64,000 bases of DNA from Sminthopsis crassicaudata (lineage: Eukaryota), in contig NC_133620.1 of NCBI RefSeq assembly GCF_048593235.1, positions 96,474,852 to 96,538,851 of the forward strand, read 5' to 3'. Made by a program: the position numbers and the translations under genes. Below the pieces are notes generated by a model, which did not search any database, had not been told where the DNA came from, and saw nothing but the letters and a program-made list of their open reading frames with translations. Positions 25,701-36,964 of this stretch are shown one piece after another (within the stretch, counting starts at the first letter, position 1; each line of letters begins with the position of its first letter).

Positions 25701-28700
25701 AAAAACATGAACAACCTTGAGAATAGAAATGGTCTTTTATCTTTTATTTGTATTTTTAGCACATAGCAAAAAACTTGGCACATGGTAAGCATTTAATACA
25801 TTGTTGTTGCTGTTTTCAATTTATTCATCTCTCCTATGTTCAGCTCTGAAATCACTGGCTCCCTTTGTCTTCTCTTTCCTTCCTAACAAGATACCAACTC
25901 CAAGAAAAGTGTGATTCCAAGAATTCGAATAGCTATAGATATCTTAATAAAAGAAAATGGCTAAAACTTAAAAACCTTTAGAAGATTTTTTTTTATCTTG
26001 GGAAAGTCGAAGTTATGATTGGAGGTACCTTTGATGGATGTGGAAGTGAGATCTACCTGAGCAAGAGAGAGAGATCAGACATCAGTATGAATTTCCAGAT
26101 ATTGATTACTGTAGAAAAAATTATGCTCTTGAATGATGAGAGGTACTTCTCCTGTCGTGATTCTGTAAAATAACTGCCAGATATTCAGATAGGGTAAATG
26201 ATAAAATGATCTCTGAATGCCTGTAAGCCTCCTGCAAATATCTGAGCTTTTAATGAAGAAATGAAGAAAACAGAACTTCAAACAAACAGCAGCAAACACA
26301 AAACCTAATGCTAAAAGGCATGCTGGGTAGTTGGGAAAATGCAGGTTCAAATCTAACATGAAGTGATGTTAGGCAAGTCACTTAGCTCCTCGATACCACC
26401 AAGCAACTCTCTAAGTCTTTCATTTTCGGAGAAGGTAGCAATCTGTAAAGGCATAAGTATCTTACCTGAATTCCCTATACCAATGATTGGGTATTTATAA
26501 AAATAAAAGATTCCTGCCTTAGTCTCACAGACTGAAACAAAGTGCTCTATCCTTGATCCCTTCCCAATAATTGGATTCCTCTTCTGAATGTCCTCTTTAA
26601 TTCTGCTCAAGATGAGGCAAGCCCTCAGAAAGCTAAATGATAGGAAAGGAAGCAAAAGCAAAATGAGGATGTTTCCTTCTTTCAGACACAGCCAGGGAAG
26701 CTTTCACCCCCTTCCTGAAACTATTAAATCCTTTCCCATCTCAAAAGGAAGCCCTTCTTGGGCCCCATTCTGTTGTTGGTGCTAGAGTAGAAAGCCCAGC
26801 ATCCTGAGGCTGGAAGGGCACTCAGAGGCCACAAAGTTTTAAAATAAGATCTTGTGGCATTAGATTCAGAGCTAAAAAGTTCTTGAAGTCCAGTTTACTC
26901 ACAGATGAGGGAGCTCAGAGCTCAAAGTAGTTAAATAACTTTCTCAGGCTCACATGACTTGCAAATAAAAGAATTGGGATCTTGATCTTCTTCCTTTTCC
27001 CAGTATAGTCTGCTGCCTCCTCTTAGGATCATAGAATTCTGAGAAAATTAGGTCCTTGGAGATTTTCTAAGGGGTTGGGAAAGAATCATTTCACAGACAT
27101 GAGGAAAAATTTGGTTTTTACCATCTTTAAAATGGGGAAATTTCTATCTGTATACAGAGATTCTTCAAAGTGTGTCAAGGAACACTTTTCTGAAGACTGG
27201 GGCATACTTTTTTAAGTTTAAAAAGAAATAAACCAGGTTGATGTGTGGCGGCAATGTCCACTTTCAAGCACTTATTGTGAAGAAAAGTGCTGGTCACAGG
27301 AGTCAGGTACTGGGTTCTCATCTCTGCTCTGACTAGGATGTAACCTTGGCTGAGACACAAAACTTAGAAAGAAAAGGAGCTTTAGAGATTATCTAAGAGA
27401 GTTGGCAGGCTCTGCCTCTGCCATTTACTAGGTGTGTGACCACGGTAAATCACCCAATCCCTCTCTGTGCCTCAGCTACATCAAGGGGTGGGGGGTGGGG
27501 GTTACTGGATGAGCTGATCTCCAAGTTTTATACACCTGGCTTAGTAGATAGGGTCCTGGGTCTGAATTAAAAGGCTCTGAGTCATTTATTAAATCTGAGA
27601 CCTTAATTTTCATCTGCCTCAGTTTTCTCAACTGGAAGATGGGTATAATAATAGCACCAACTGCTCCAGGTTGTTTTAAGGATCAAAGGAGATAAATTTG
27701 TCAGGTGTTTAGCAAACCATATAAATGCTATTATTGTTGTTGTTGTTGTTATTACATAAGTTCACTTAAGGCTATAACATGCTGAGACTACCTCTAATGG
27801 GGGACAAAGAAGCAGGAGACCAGGCACATCTGGTTAGTAAATTAAAAGGGCTGGGCAGGGCCCAGTCTGGGAAATAAATCAGGGCAAGACTCGAGCTTCC
27901 ATCACAATGTTCAGGGAAATAATTAACCCGGGGCCTGGACTACTCTGTGCCAGCCTGTCTCACTTCCCCTTATTACCCCCCACAGACCAACCTTAGATTC
28001 TCTTGCCAAGGTGAGAAGGGAAAGAAGAACAGAAGCAGAGCCATAGGGCAACTGAAGGAGTGGGAAAAGAAAGAAAATGTCCCCTCCATCTGCAGCCAGG
28101 CCTTGAGGGAACATGAGGCTGGATTGTTCTCCCAGAAGCCACTTTCCCAAGAACAATGAATGCTCTCCCTCCCTACCCAAGCCCTTCCTGCTCTGTCCCA
28201 AGGAATCTGTCTTCTGCACCCATTCCAAGTGTCCTGCTCAGGCTCCCCAGGAGCTGGCATGAGATATTGATAAGAATATTGGCTGCGTTTGAAACTTGGT
28301 TTGCTGCTTAATTTGCTGCCTATGGAAGCTTAACTAAGTCATTTAATGTTTATGGGTCTCCATCCTCTCATTTGTTTTAAAAAAAAAAAAAAAAAAAAAG
28401 GAAGTCAAACTCTCTAATTCAATTTTAAAAGCATTTATTAAGGTCCCCCCAATCTCTAAATCTATGATCCTATTAGCAATTAAAATCTAAAAATGTGACC
28501 CAGCTCCTAGGTGGTTTTCCCTAGTCCTCTTCCCAAATAGGCTTGGGCTGTGGCCACACTGGCCCCACCCTCAGCCCAGCCCCACCCATCAAAGAGCTGG
28601 GGGCCCTGAAGAACAAGAGGCTCAGGTTACAGTGATGGGTGACTCACAGATGCTTCTCACTGCTTGTTTTTTTAAAAATGCAACAAGAAGCTTCTCTCTG

Positions 28701-30650
28701 CTCTGGGTGTCTCATCGGGGTGATGATGGTCCATCAACAACTGCCAATGCCCAGAGGGGGCTGGCTCCAGAAGGGGACCTAATTCCTTGGTTCAGGGCTA
28801 GGTAAAGTCAACTGTAGGGACTGCTAAGTCTGCTATAAGGAAGGGATTCCCAAGCATTAGCCACATTCTAGGGTATGGCCCTTTCATTGAAACAAATGGT
28901 AGCTTGAGAACAAACCTCCATCCCAACCTTAAAAGTCCCCATAAATATGTCCTCAAGGGTTATGTGGTAGTTGGAAAAGATTGAACTCAAAGTCCACACA
29001 CCAGAACCTTGTCATGGTTCTGCTACTAATTATGACCTTGGAGCATGTGACTTAATTTCTCTAGGTCTCAGTTTCCTTATCTGCAAAATGAAAAAGGTTA
29101 TACTATAATTTTAAGGCCCCTTCCAGCTTTAAATATTAAAAATTAAAGACATTCTATCTTACAGAATTAGCAATTGTCCAACTGTAAAATGGAAGCAATA
29201 ATGAATACACTTGTATGTGCAATACATACAAGTATATGCATGATTGCTTCCATTTTACAGTTTTGTAACTGTACATTACAGTACAGTAATTTTTGAGTTT
29301 TGTTGAGTAGGAAAATGTTTTTTCAAAGCCTTAAAGTATTATATGAATGGAAGTTATTCATATTTTATAAATATATTTCCACATATATAACCCAGAATGA
29401 TGGGAAGACCAATGAGCCAGAAATCAGAAAAGCTGAGTGCTAGTCCTGAAATTGCCACTAATTAGCTGTGTGAGTTTGAATAATTTCCCTGATTTATGTG
29501 GGTCTCAACCTCCTGATTTGGAGAATGAAGAATTTTCCCTAGATGATCTCCAAAGACCCTGTTCTGACTTCAGCCTTCTAGCATTCCTTTTCTATGTATC
29601 TGTACACTGAGTCATTCCTCTCACACACATAAACATACAGAGACAGGTATACCCACACAGAAAAAGCCATATGCTGACATACTCACAGAGTCCAAGGCCA
29701 TGCTCCCACTGGCCACACCCTGATCACAGCCCTTTCCTGGGGCATCTCCACCAGCCCTGGCAGGCAGGGCCCCTTTTTCAGAGAGTTGACTTCCCTCCTT
29801 TTGGGCTCACTGCCAGGATTAGGCTGGGAACTCCTGCTCACCCACTTTCTAGACCCCACCAGCCAGAATCCTCTGCATTAGACATTAGGAGTTTCTGCCT
29901 GGTAAAGTTAATGGGAGTTGGGAGTTGGAATACACTGAGGTATTTGCTTGCCTTTGAATTAGGGCCTGGAATCTAGTCTTTACCTATTTTATTTGAAGTA
30001 AAGAGCCTGACTCTTTCTGGTTCTTGACTCAACAACTCACTGCCTCCCCAAGACATGGGGGTATGGAGACAGAAAGAAAAAAAGAAGGATGTGATAAGAA
30101 ATTTCCGGAAGAAATGAAAAAATTCAGACTTGAGTGAGGAAGGGAGCAGAGGACCAGACAGAATCACCCCCTATTTTCTTTACTGACTGGGATCTATACT
30201 TCGCCTCAATCTCCCAACATACACATCAAGCTCCATAAACCTAATTCTGGCTATATCATCCTAGGATCTGAAGGACCTCAGTTCCACCTCTGATGCCATA
30301 TCACTGTGTGACCTTGGACAAGTACTTTACATTATGTAAATCTTAGTTTTCCCAGCCTTGAAGTAGAAAGAAACATATATAGATTATTGATATAATTGAA
30401 TTGATGGTATTCAATATACATTGGGAAAGAAGGTAAGGGAATCCATTGCCTGTGATCTTTCTGGTCTTTCATCTAAACTTACTCTGACCCTGACATGACT
30501 TTCATAATCAAATGTTCAAGGTTCTGAGTCCTCTTGCCCTTTCCCCAGTTACACTAAAAGCTAACCCGGAACATGAGTAAGTTTCCAATTGTGTGCCAAA
30601 GCTAAGTTCTCTTTAGGAGAGGTTGAGGAACAAAACATCTACCTCCTGAT

Positions 30651-30701
<51 letters not shown>

Positions 30702-31554
30702 CTCTCCTTTGGGCCATCATATGTCCTAAATAGTGGCCCTTGTCTAGCTGTCTAGATTTTTAATTTACATAGCATCACTCTGTTCTGGCCAGAAAATGTG
30801 AAAATGAATGGGATTAGAATTCTTGTAATGAAATACCACTCTGAAGCAACCAGAGGCCATGAAGTATAAGTATTGGGGACATGGCTTTCCAACTTCCCTT
30901 CTCAGACATCCCTCTTGCTTGTGTCCTTCTTTGGAAAAAACAAAAACAAAAACAAAACATTCAGACCACTATGCAGCAGGATGAAGTTGGCTCAGCATTC
31001 TGCAATCCCCAGCCTCTGGGGCCATAACCCTACTAGGAAGGGACACAGGCTACTTGAAGAAAACCCACACTCATGTCGGGAGGACCTAAAGCTTGGGGGA
31101 ATCCCATTTCCAGATATGAGCCTGCAAAGACTGGGAGAAGGAAGCTATAGGAGCTGAGTTAGAGTGCTAAATTTCTCAGAGCAAATCCACTTCTACATTT
31201 TACCTCCTTAAAATAAAGGGTTTGGATTAGATCTTTCTAGCACTCTCATTCTAGGAGTTTTCTAGTGATTACCCAAGCAGGACAGCGCAGGGTCCAGGGA
31301 GAGGAGACACCTGACCCAGTAGACTGGGTCTGACCCAGTGGGCAGGCTCCACTAATCTTTTGTCCAACTCATAATTCTCCTTTTAGAACTCTGATCAAGA
31401 AAAAAGAATAAATAAGAAGAGCCGAGGTGTTGAGGGCCTCTCCTCCACCTGGAAGGGAGCCAGGATTTCCTTCCCCAGTCCCCCTCAGACCTCTCCCTCT
31501 CCCCTGTTGCACTCACCTTGATAGTGCTGACCAGTTCTTCCTCTTAATAGACAT
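373..31554 (-). CDS. LAD1: Ladinin-1, spliced CDS lacking only the terminal exon: complement join(31517-31554,11769-11906,9373-10411,8180-8284,5932-5975,3078-3150,2697-2834,733-822,373-447)
   Basis: Translates as MSIKRKNWSALSSLARQRTLEDEEEQERERRRRHRNLSSTTDDEAPK...VKIPSKEAETEVTSPSQGTYSSSLTRSSPRTISFRMNTRKENPETTLTRSASVRLPSNTVKLGEKLERYHTAIQRSASVKS...SRLNLWISRTQ..., recognisable ladinin-1. All introns are GT-AG with consistent phases; 1740 nt = 580 codons with no internal stop. Confidence 0.97.
733..822 (-). CDS. LAD1: LAD1 exon 8, 90 nt
   Basis: Acceptor ctctctag|GAG, donor CAG|gtaatg; EYLRLSDVKTSRLNLWISRTQDSGGDQDSQ. Confidence 0.94.
908..1054. other. Assembly gap within a GA-rich repeat
   Basis: N run. 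Confidence 1.
2697..2834 (-). CDS. LAD1: LAD1 exon 7, 138 nt
   Basis: Acceptor ttctcag|AGA, donor AAG|gtaagg; RSASVKSPGSSRTEFFVTPVGVASKRSLFEKEQVRNSKAEPALSRK. Confidence 0.95.
3078..3150 (-). CDS. LAD1: LAD1 exon 6, 73 nt
   Basis: Acceptor ctcccag|T, donor CAG|gtgagt; (S)ASVRLPSNTVKLGEKLERYHTAIQ. Confidence 0.95.
4758..4998 (+). mobile_element. MAR1-type SINE (CORE head plus RTE-like tail)
   Basis: gctggagaaggaaatg..actcc..tgccaagagaccccaaatggggtcatggagagtcagatacaactgaac tail. Confidence 0.7.
5932..5975 (-). CDS. LAD1: LAD1 exon 5, 44 nt
   Basis: Acceptor ctctcttttcag|ATG, donor AG|gtaagg; MNTRKENPETTLTR(S), similar to human MKPKKENSETTLTR. Not in the ORF track. Confidence 0.93.
7388..7660. 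mobile_element. RTE-related SINE (WALLSI/RTESINE-like)
   Basis: ttgtttgtcctttgttttcaaagag...ccagagtcatccaagtccagtggcagg...gaacaaattgttctcatctg pattern recalled from marsupial RTE SINEs; family uncertain. Confidence 0.45.
8180..8284 (-). CDS. LAD1: LAD1 exon 4, 105 nt
   Basis: Acceptor cttccag|GTG, donor CGG|gtaagg; VKIPSKEAETEVTSPSQGTYSSSLTRSSPRTISFR. Confidence 0.96.
9373..10411 (-). CDS. LAD1: LAD1 exon 3 (large xEK-repeat exon), 1039 nt
   Basis: Acceptor cttacag|G, donor CAG|gtgggt; open frame RLPSLEETE...VASRFRPFTLQ, overlapping ORF-track entry 9253..10290. Confidence 0.96.
9850..10053 (-). repeat. Coding tandem repeat, 4 x 51 nt, inside LAD1 exon 3
   Basis: Units EKTPIQDQTAPERKPST / EKMPAPNQATPEKTFTS / EKIPDQDQAAPERKRAS / EKTLPQHQTTPEKKLTS. 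Confidence 0.85.
11095..11350 (-). mobile_element. MAR1-type SINE
   Basis: Reverse complement of the same pattern. Similar minus-strand copies at about 13130-13330, 24266-24420 and 46025-46255. Confidence 0.7.
11769..11906 (-). CDS. LAD1: LAD1 exon 2, 138 nt
   Basis: Acceptor ttgcag|C, donor AG|gtacgt; encodes LARQRTLEDEEEQERERRRRHRNLSSTTDDEAPKFAHNGGQPAVE. Confidence 0.97.
14190..15560 (-). mobile_element. Old L1 3' fragments (with nested MITE)
   Basis: T-rich L1 3' UTR-like sequence in reverse orientation. Boundaries approximate. Confidence 0.6.
15053..15238. mobile_element. hAT-Charlie-type MITE nested in an old L1 fragment
   Basis: Ends (c)aaaacttcttaaac / gttaagaagccctg; 8-bp TSD tcatatac / ccatatac; L1-like sequence continues on both sides. 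Confidence 0.65.
16452..16496. repeat. (GA)n microsatellite
   Basis: Direct read. Confidence 0.95.
16867..16963. mobile_element. Palindromic Tc1/Mariner (MADE1-like) MITE
   Basis: 44-bp inverted arms with 3 mismatches and a 9-nt spacer; termini TTA(A/G)GTT...AACCTAA resemble MADE1 ends. Confidence 0.65.
17080..17270 (+). mobile_element. Short L1 3' UTR fragment
   Basis: Shares gaaaacaccatct(a/g)catccagagagaactatg...tttgttctgattttt with the 37420-38260 L1. Confidence 0.7.
17314..17494. mobile_element. hAT MITE, OC1/OposCharlie1-type non-autonomous element
   Basis: TIRs CAGTGGTCCTCAAA / TTTGAGAACCCCTG; 8-bp TSD atccagat / atgcagat (7/8); internal ggggccagttcactg..cagactgttggagggcc and ggccgtagtttgag match the OC1 ends as recalled. 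Confidence 0.8.
18720..21520 (-). mobile_element. Ancient L2 remnants (interrupted by other repeats and an N gap)
   Basis: Purine-rich stretches at about 18720-19620 and 20830-21520 resemble reverse-complement L2. L2 3' ends also at about 34310-34615 and 56750-57240 (+). Confidence 0.5.
20311..20810. other. Assembly gap after a CT-rich repeat
   Basis: N run. Confidence 1.
22727..22794. repeat. (CAT)n microsatellite
   Basis: Direct read, two TAT interruptions. Confidence 0.95.
24780..25145 (+). mobile_element. CR1/L3 3' fragment
   Basis: ggacatgagag..ttcc..ttgaaggg..ggccc..gggaac..aggaaaa..cttcc..tcatcactagagg..ctagatgacctct pattern. A second copy lies at about 55430-55790. Confidence 0.55.
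30652..30697. repeat. (CA)n microsatellite
   Basis: Direct read. Confidence 0.95.
31517..31554 (-). CDS. LAD1: LAD1 coding exon 1 (MSIKRKNWSALS + AG), 38 nt
   Basis: ATG at 31554-31552 inside the CpG island; donor AG|gtgagt; resembles human MAVSRKDWSALSS. Confidence 0.93.
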
Positions 31555-32220
31555 TGTCACTGGGGAGCTTCGTCCCACGAGCGGTACCCTCCTCCTCCTC
31601 CTCTTCCTCCTTCTATTTGGCTCCAAACACCTCCTACAGTTATCCACTCTGTGCCTTCCCTCACCTGCCCCTGGGTCCCTCCTCCTCGCACCAGCCCAGT
31701 GCCCAGGTGAATCACATGGTCCCTTATCTCACCCCCCGCGCGCGCAGACACCCCTTCTCGCTGACACTAAGGACTCCGCGCCCGGGTCACACCTCCCCAC
31801 GCAGAGCGGCGCGGGGCTCCTTCGGCCGGGGGGAGCTGTCCGGGGCCCTGGGCTCCCGTCTCCGGAGCTTCCCGGGCGGGGACGGCGCGGACAGACGCTG
31901 GGGACCGAGCTGGGGTTGGTTGGCCGCCCCGGGCGAGGGAGGGCGACTTCCTGCTCAGAACCAGTCGGACCAGCTGGGGCTCCGGGCTGCCTCCCCCTGC
32001 AGGTGGCGCGGGCTAGTGGGGGTGTCAGGGAAGCCGGGCTGGGGGACGAGAAACCCGAGGATCGGCTCAAGCTGATCTCACCCGCTCAGCTCGACTGCCG
32101 GTAAACCGACTTAGCCCTGAGAAATCCAAGAGCAGGAAGTGAAGCGGAAAAGGTAGAGTGGGTACCGTAATGTCATGTCTAAAGCACGCAGCGGCACCCC
32201 CCTTCCCCTCCCCCCGACAC
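31555..32220 (-). promoter_or_regulatory. CpG island / LAD1 promoter and 5' UTR
   Basis: The only strongly GC- and CpG-rich stretch in the window, directly upstream of the LAD1 ATG. Contains a GC box (GGGCGGGG near 31874), several CAGGTG/CACCTG E-boxes and an ETS-like CAGGAAGTG at 32132-32140. TSS cannot be fixed from sequence. Confidence 0.85.
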
Positions 32221-33499
32221 ACCCTACTCTTGGCTTTGGAACCCTTTCATTGAGCGGAACATGCGAACAGTTCCCACCTCCTCCATCTAATTTAGGCTTC
32301 CCAAACTATAATGAATTAAGCCACACACCAGGTAGAGAGCATAGGGTACTCTAAAATCTTTCCCCCCTGCTCTCTGAAAGAATGCCCGAAAACCTTAAGA
32401 GCTCTAAGATAAGCGACGGAAATGGGAGTCAGGGAAAGATGTATGATGGGGCAGACACCTTTCCCCCAGAAGAGGTAACTGGGACACAGGTATCTAAAAC
32501 AGCCTTTGAGGCCATAGTCCTGGACTGAGAATAGGATCACAGAGTGAATGTTAGAGCTAAAAAGAGCCTTAAGAGATTATTTTATTCCAACCTTTTTATT
32601 TTCATCAATGAAAAGACCTCAGCCCCGAGAACAGGAAGTGACTTTGCCAAAATCAAAAACAAGGAGAAGAGCAAATACTTGAAACCAGGACTTCGGGCTC
32701 CAAATTCGGTTTTTTGGGAACAATCTAGGCCCTCTCTAACACCCTCTAGTGACAGTATCCTGGGCCTGGTGAAGTACCAGCTACTTTCTGCTCTATAGCA
32801 GCCTCATTTGCGGTGAATTTGGAAGCTGGGAATTGGGAAAGTCTTATCTCCTCTAAATGATCCAGCAAGTACTGAAAAACTTTCCAACCTCTCCGTGAGT
32901 ATGAGAAAGTAGCTCAAAGAGAGGCAGCCCCAGGTCAGTAAGGCATCACTTTGTCTCTGAATCTGTTTCCTCGTTCGGAAAAAATGAGGGAGTTGGAATT
33001 GGAACATCAGTTTTAGTGCTCTGTGATTCTGTGAAAAATGAAATTGGGTTTCAGAATAAGAAAGTGAATAGGGAGATAGGAATACCCATGCTATATACCC
33101 TGGTTAGATTACCACCAATCAATCAATCAACAAGAATTCTTTATGGATCTACTAAATGCTAAGCACTCTGCTAGGAACTAGTCCAGCTAAGAGCAAGATA
33201 CATAAAGACAGAAGTGAAACCATCTCTACCCATGAAAAGTTTACGTTCTGTTGAGGATTGTATCCTGGCTAGGTCCTTTGCACATCAGGCTACACAGATC
33301 TAGTGTAGAAACTCTTATGTAAGACAGAGACACTGACATGGATGCAGATTGACTTCTAAATAAACATTGCACAAATGCAGAGTCTGTTCCATCATCTTCT
33401 TCTCCAAGGAGTATCCAACTCCCTCAAGAAATCTTCCTTTAAGACATAATATGAGCTGATACAAAGTATCAAAATATTATTTTGTAATATTGTAATATT

Positions 33500-33850
33500 G
33501 TAAAGTATTATTGTACAGTGAGCAACTGAATGATTTAACTTCTCACCAATACAATGATCCTACACAATTCTAAAGGACTTATGATGAAAAACACTATCTA
33601 CCTCTAGAGGAAAAAAAACTGATAGACTACATGCAGATAGAAGCATTCTTTTTAAACTTTATTTTTTTTTGTCTTGGGGGATAGGTTGTGTTTTCTTTTA
33701 GAATATGGCTATTATAGAAATATGTTTAGCATGATTTCACACACATAATTTATATATTATAGATATATTATATAATATATTATATTATAGCTTGCCTTCT
33801 CAAGGAGGGGAAAGGGAAAAGGGAAAGAGAGAGTATTAAAAAAAAAAGGC
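33500..33850 (+). mobile_element. Older L1 3' UTR fragment
   Basis: Diverged version of the same 3' UTR (caatacaatgatcc..aggacttatgatgaaaaacactatc) with an A-tail. Confidence 0.6.
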
Positions 33851-34944
33851 AAATGTCAATTTTTTTTTAACTTGTGATTGAGAAAAAGAAAAAAAAAGAA
33901 ATTTTCCTGTACTGTTAGGAATGACTCACTGACTCACTTCCTTTCTCTGGGCTTCTGCTGCCTTTTCTGTCAAAGGGAAGGCTTGTATTATGTCAGTGAT
34001 TTCCACTTTTTTTTTTTTTTTTTTTTTTTTAGAATGAAGACTTTTTTCAATAACAAAAAAAAATTTTCTTAGCAACTATTCTATCTATAACTATAGACTG
34101 AGATGGTACATGATGAGAAAAAAATTACTATAAGATTAGTTTTTATATTTTATTCCTCATATCAGCCATTATATGCATTGGAAAAATAGATATATAAACA
34201 AGAAATTCTATTTATTTAGAATAACATGCAATAAGGCTGGACAGGCCAATAGGATCCCAGTTTTCTAAAATGATTATACATTATTATTCTTCCTCAATCA
34301 CACTGTTCCAATGAAACTGTCTTACTTGCTGTTCCTTATTCTTCTTCTGTCTCTTCCTTTGTATACATGGTCTGTTTCCCATGAATGGAGTGCTCTTCCT
34401 TCCCTATCTTCATGTCTCAGAAGCCCTAGTTTTAGTCAAAGATTAGTTCAAGTGCTAATTTACTCCCTAAAATCTTTCCTGACTCCCTCCTCACTTACCG
34501 TGCCTCCCCTATTTAGATCCTTAAAGTGAAGGACTCATTTTTGTCTTTGCATCTCTAGCACCTGGGACAGTGCCAGAAATAAAGTAGATACTTAGTAAAC
34601 ACTTGTTGATTTCTTACTTAAAAGGTGACTTGTTTTAGCCTGAATGTAATGTCCTGGGGTCTCTGCATTCTTTTCCCATGTACAGGGATAAAAGATTTGT
34701 AAAAAAATTCAGAATTGGAAGGGAACTTATTGATTATTTTATCCAATCCCTTTATTTTACAGAAAAGGAAACTGAGACCTAGATTAAGTGACTTCCTCAG
34801 AATCACACAGATAAGTAATTCAATGCAAGTCATCAAGCTACTATATTTTATACCCTGTGCTAGACTCTAGAAATACAAAGACAAAGAAAACAGTCCATTC
34901 CCTCAAGGAGCTTACATGGGGAAAAGACAAAAATTCCTATATAT

Positions 34945-34992
34945 GGGGCAGCTAGGTGATGCAGTGGATAGAGCACTAGCCCTGAAGTCAGA
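34945..34992 (+). mobile_element. 5' fragment of a WSINE1-type SINE
   Basis: GGGGCAGCTAGGTGATGCAGTGGATAGAGCACTAGCCCTGAAGTCAG, then unrelated sequence. Confidence 0.7.
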
Positions 34993-36885
34993 AGCATAAA
35001 ATATGCAATATACATATATAATATCTATGTAAATATATAACTTTAATAATTAACTTAAATGTCTATATAATAATTTTGGTAAGATAGGAATAGAACCAAC
35101 AAGTAGAAGGATCAAGAAAATCAGGCTGAGAGGAGTGGCCCTGGAGCTTCCTTGAAGGGGAGTAGACAGTGGAGAAAGCAGAGCCAGGGCTTTTCTCATC
35201 TATTACTGGTAGTGGTAATTAGCTAACCACTGTGCTAAGTTTGGGGCTTATTTAGTGGACTAGCTTCAGGTAGAGGGAGCAGTGGGCAATGGGAGACACC
35301 ATTAAAGAACAGGTAATTGCCTTCATGCATATGACCTTCAGTGGAAACTGAGCTTTTTTTTGTCCTTTAAGGAGGGCCTGGGATGCTGGACCAAGGGCTA
35401 ACTACTCTGCCCAAATGAAATATCCTATGAATGTGTCTTCCCTACTCAGAAGATGATCCCATTCTGATTATGGGAGTCTGACTTGAGTGTAATGAATGAA
35501 TAAAAAAAAATGCTTTGTTCAAAGCCAAATGTCTAATCCCTGGGTGGTGGCTCTGGTTGTTGTCCTTTGTAGACAAAGAAAATCAAAATGACCTCCCTAT
35601 CTTGGGGTCAATGTGCAATGTGTCTGATTGGACCAATATGAGCTTGGAAGGTTCTACCTCAGATCAGACACAAATAGTTCGTGGAACATTTAGAATAGAA
35701 AACTGGTATTCAAATAGAAAAGTGAGACAATCCCTGTTTTCAAAAAGCTCACTTTCTAATATGGTTTAGAAACAGAAAGACCTAGTATTTCTTAGGGGAC
35801 AGCAGCTAGGTAGATGATAGTGGATCTTCTTTAGCATTATTTGCTTTGATAAATTCATACCCATTCATTTGACTGTGCTAAGGACTTTGAGGGTGAGAAC
35901 TTTATTATCAGGGTCTTTAGTACCTATGGTTGAGAGATGTATTTGCATTTTGAGGACAGGGACTACACCTTAAATTTTTGTATCTGTCAAACTGTCCATC
36001 CTAAAGCCAGATACATCACAGGTATTGGAATTGAGAATGGAGAGAAGACACAGTGAAACACACACAGCTTCCCTCTTCAAAGTTGCCATCATGGTATTAC
36101 TACAAAGAAAGGAATCTGGGGCAGAAATAGGTACTAGGTAACAGGTTTCACTCCACATGAACATAAGCATGATCTGAAGGCCTAATTCACTCTCTTCCTC
36201 CCTCCACTTCTGCCTAGATCTAAAGGAATTAAAAAAATTTTAGCCCAAATTCTTCCTTGGGCTACTTGATTTTTCTTACCATACTGGGAGCTCCCAGGCC
36301 ACACATTGCTTGGAACCCAAGCCAAGGGACATGCCAGCTGGGACTCAGCTGTCTCCCACAAGGAAGGACCCTTGAAATCTCATCCTTTTTACTTATCAGT
36401 CCATGGGGTATGAAATCAGATGGGAGATTCCAACAAAGGGTCAACTGGGGTGGTATTTGTTATTGGGGATTTCCAAGCCAAATCCAGGGACTTTTGAGAT
36501 CTTCAAGATAATCTATGTCATCTTTGCTTTGTAATCCATGTTTTAAAGAGCATTTGTCCACAAAAAGGGTCTGAGTCAAGTTCTAGGGGCCATATCCCTT
36601 TCATGCTGCCTCCACTCAAACCATTGTTGCCATCTTACCTCCTCTCACCAGAACTTTAGACTGTCCCAGGGATGCTAAGTGCAGACATATGAGTGTTTAC
36701 TTTTTATGTTGCCCTGAACAATGGTCTACACTTGGCAGCCATAGCCACACCATGTTACTATCCCTCCTATATTCAAAGTATTGTCTTCCCTCATTAGAAT
36801 ATAAGCTACTTGAGGAAAGAGATTTGCTTATATTTGAATTTCCATTGCTTAGTACCATGCCTGGCACATAATGCCAAATAAAAAT

Positions 36886-36903
36886 TCTATCTATCTATCT
36901 ATC

Positions 36904-36956
<53 letters not shown>

Positions 36957-36964
36957 CCTACCTA
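36886..36964. repeat. (TCTA)n microsatellite
   Basis: Direct read. Confidence 0.95.

Noticed and set aside
31427-32104. 225-aa, 173-aa and 113-aa ORFs over the LAD1 promoter
   Set aside because: GC-rich CpG-island sequence lacks stop codons by composition; the products are low-complexity P/G/R-rich with no recognisable homology.
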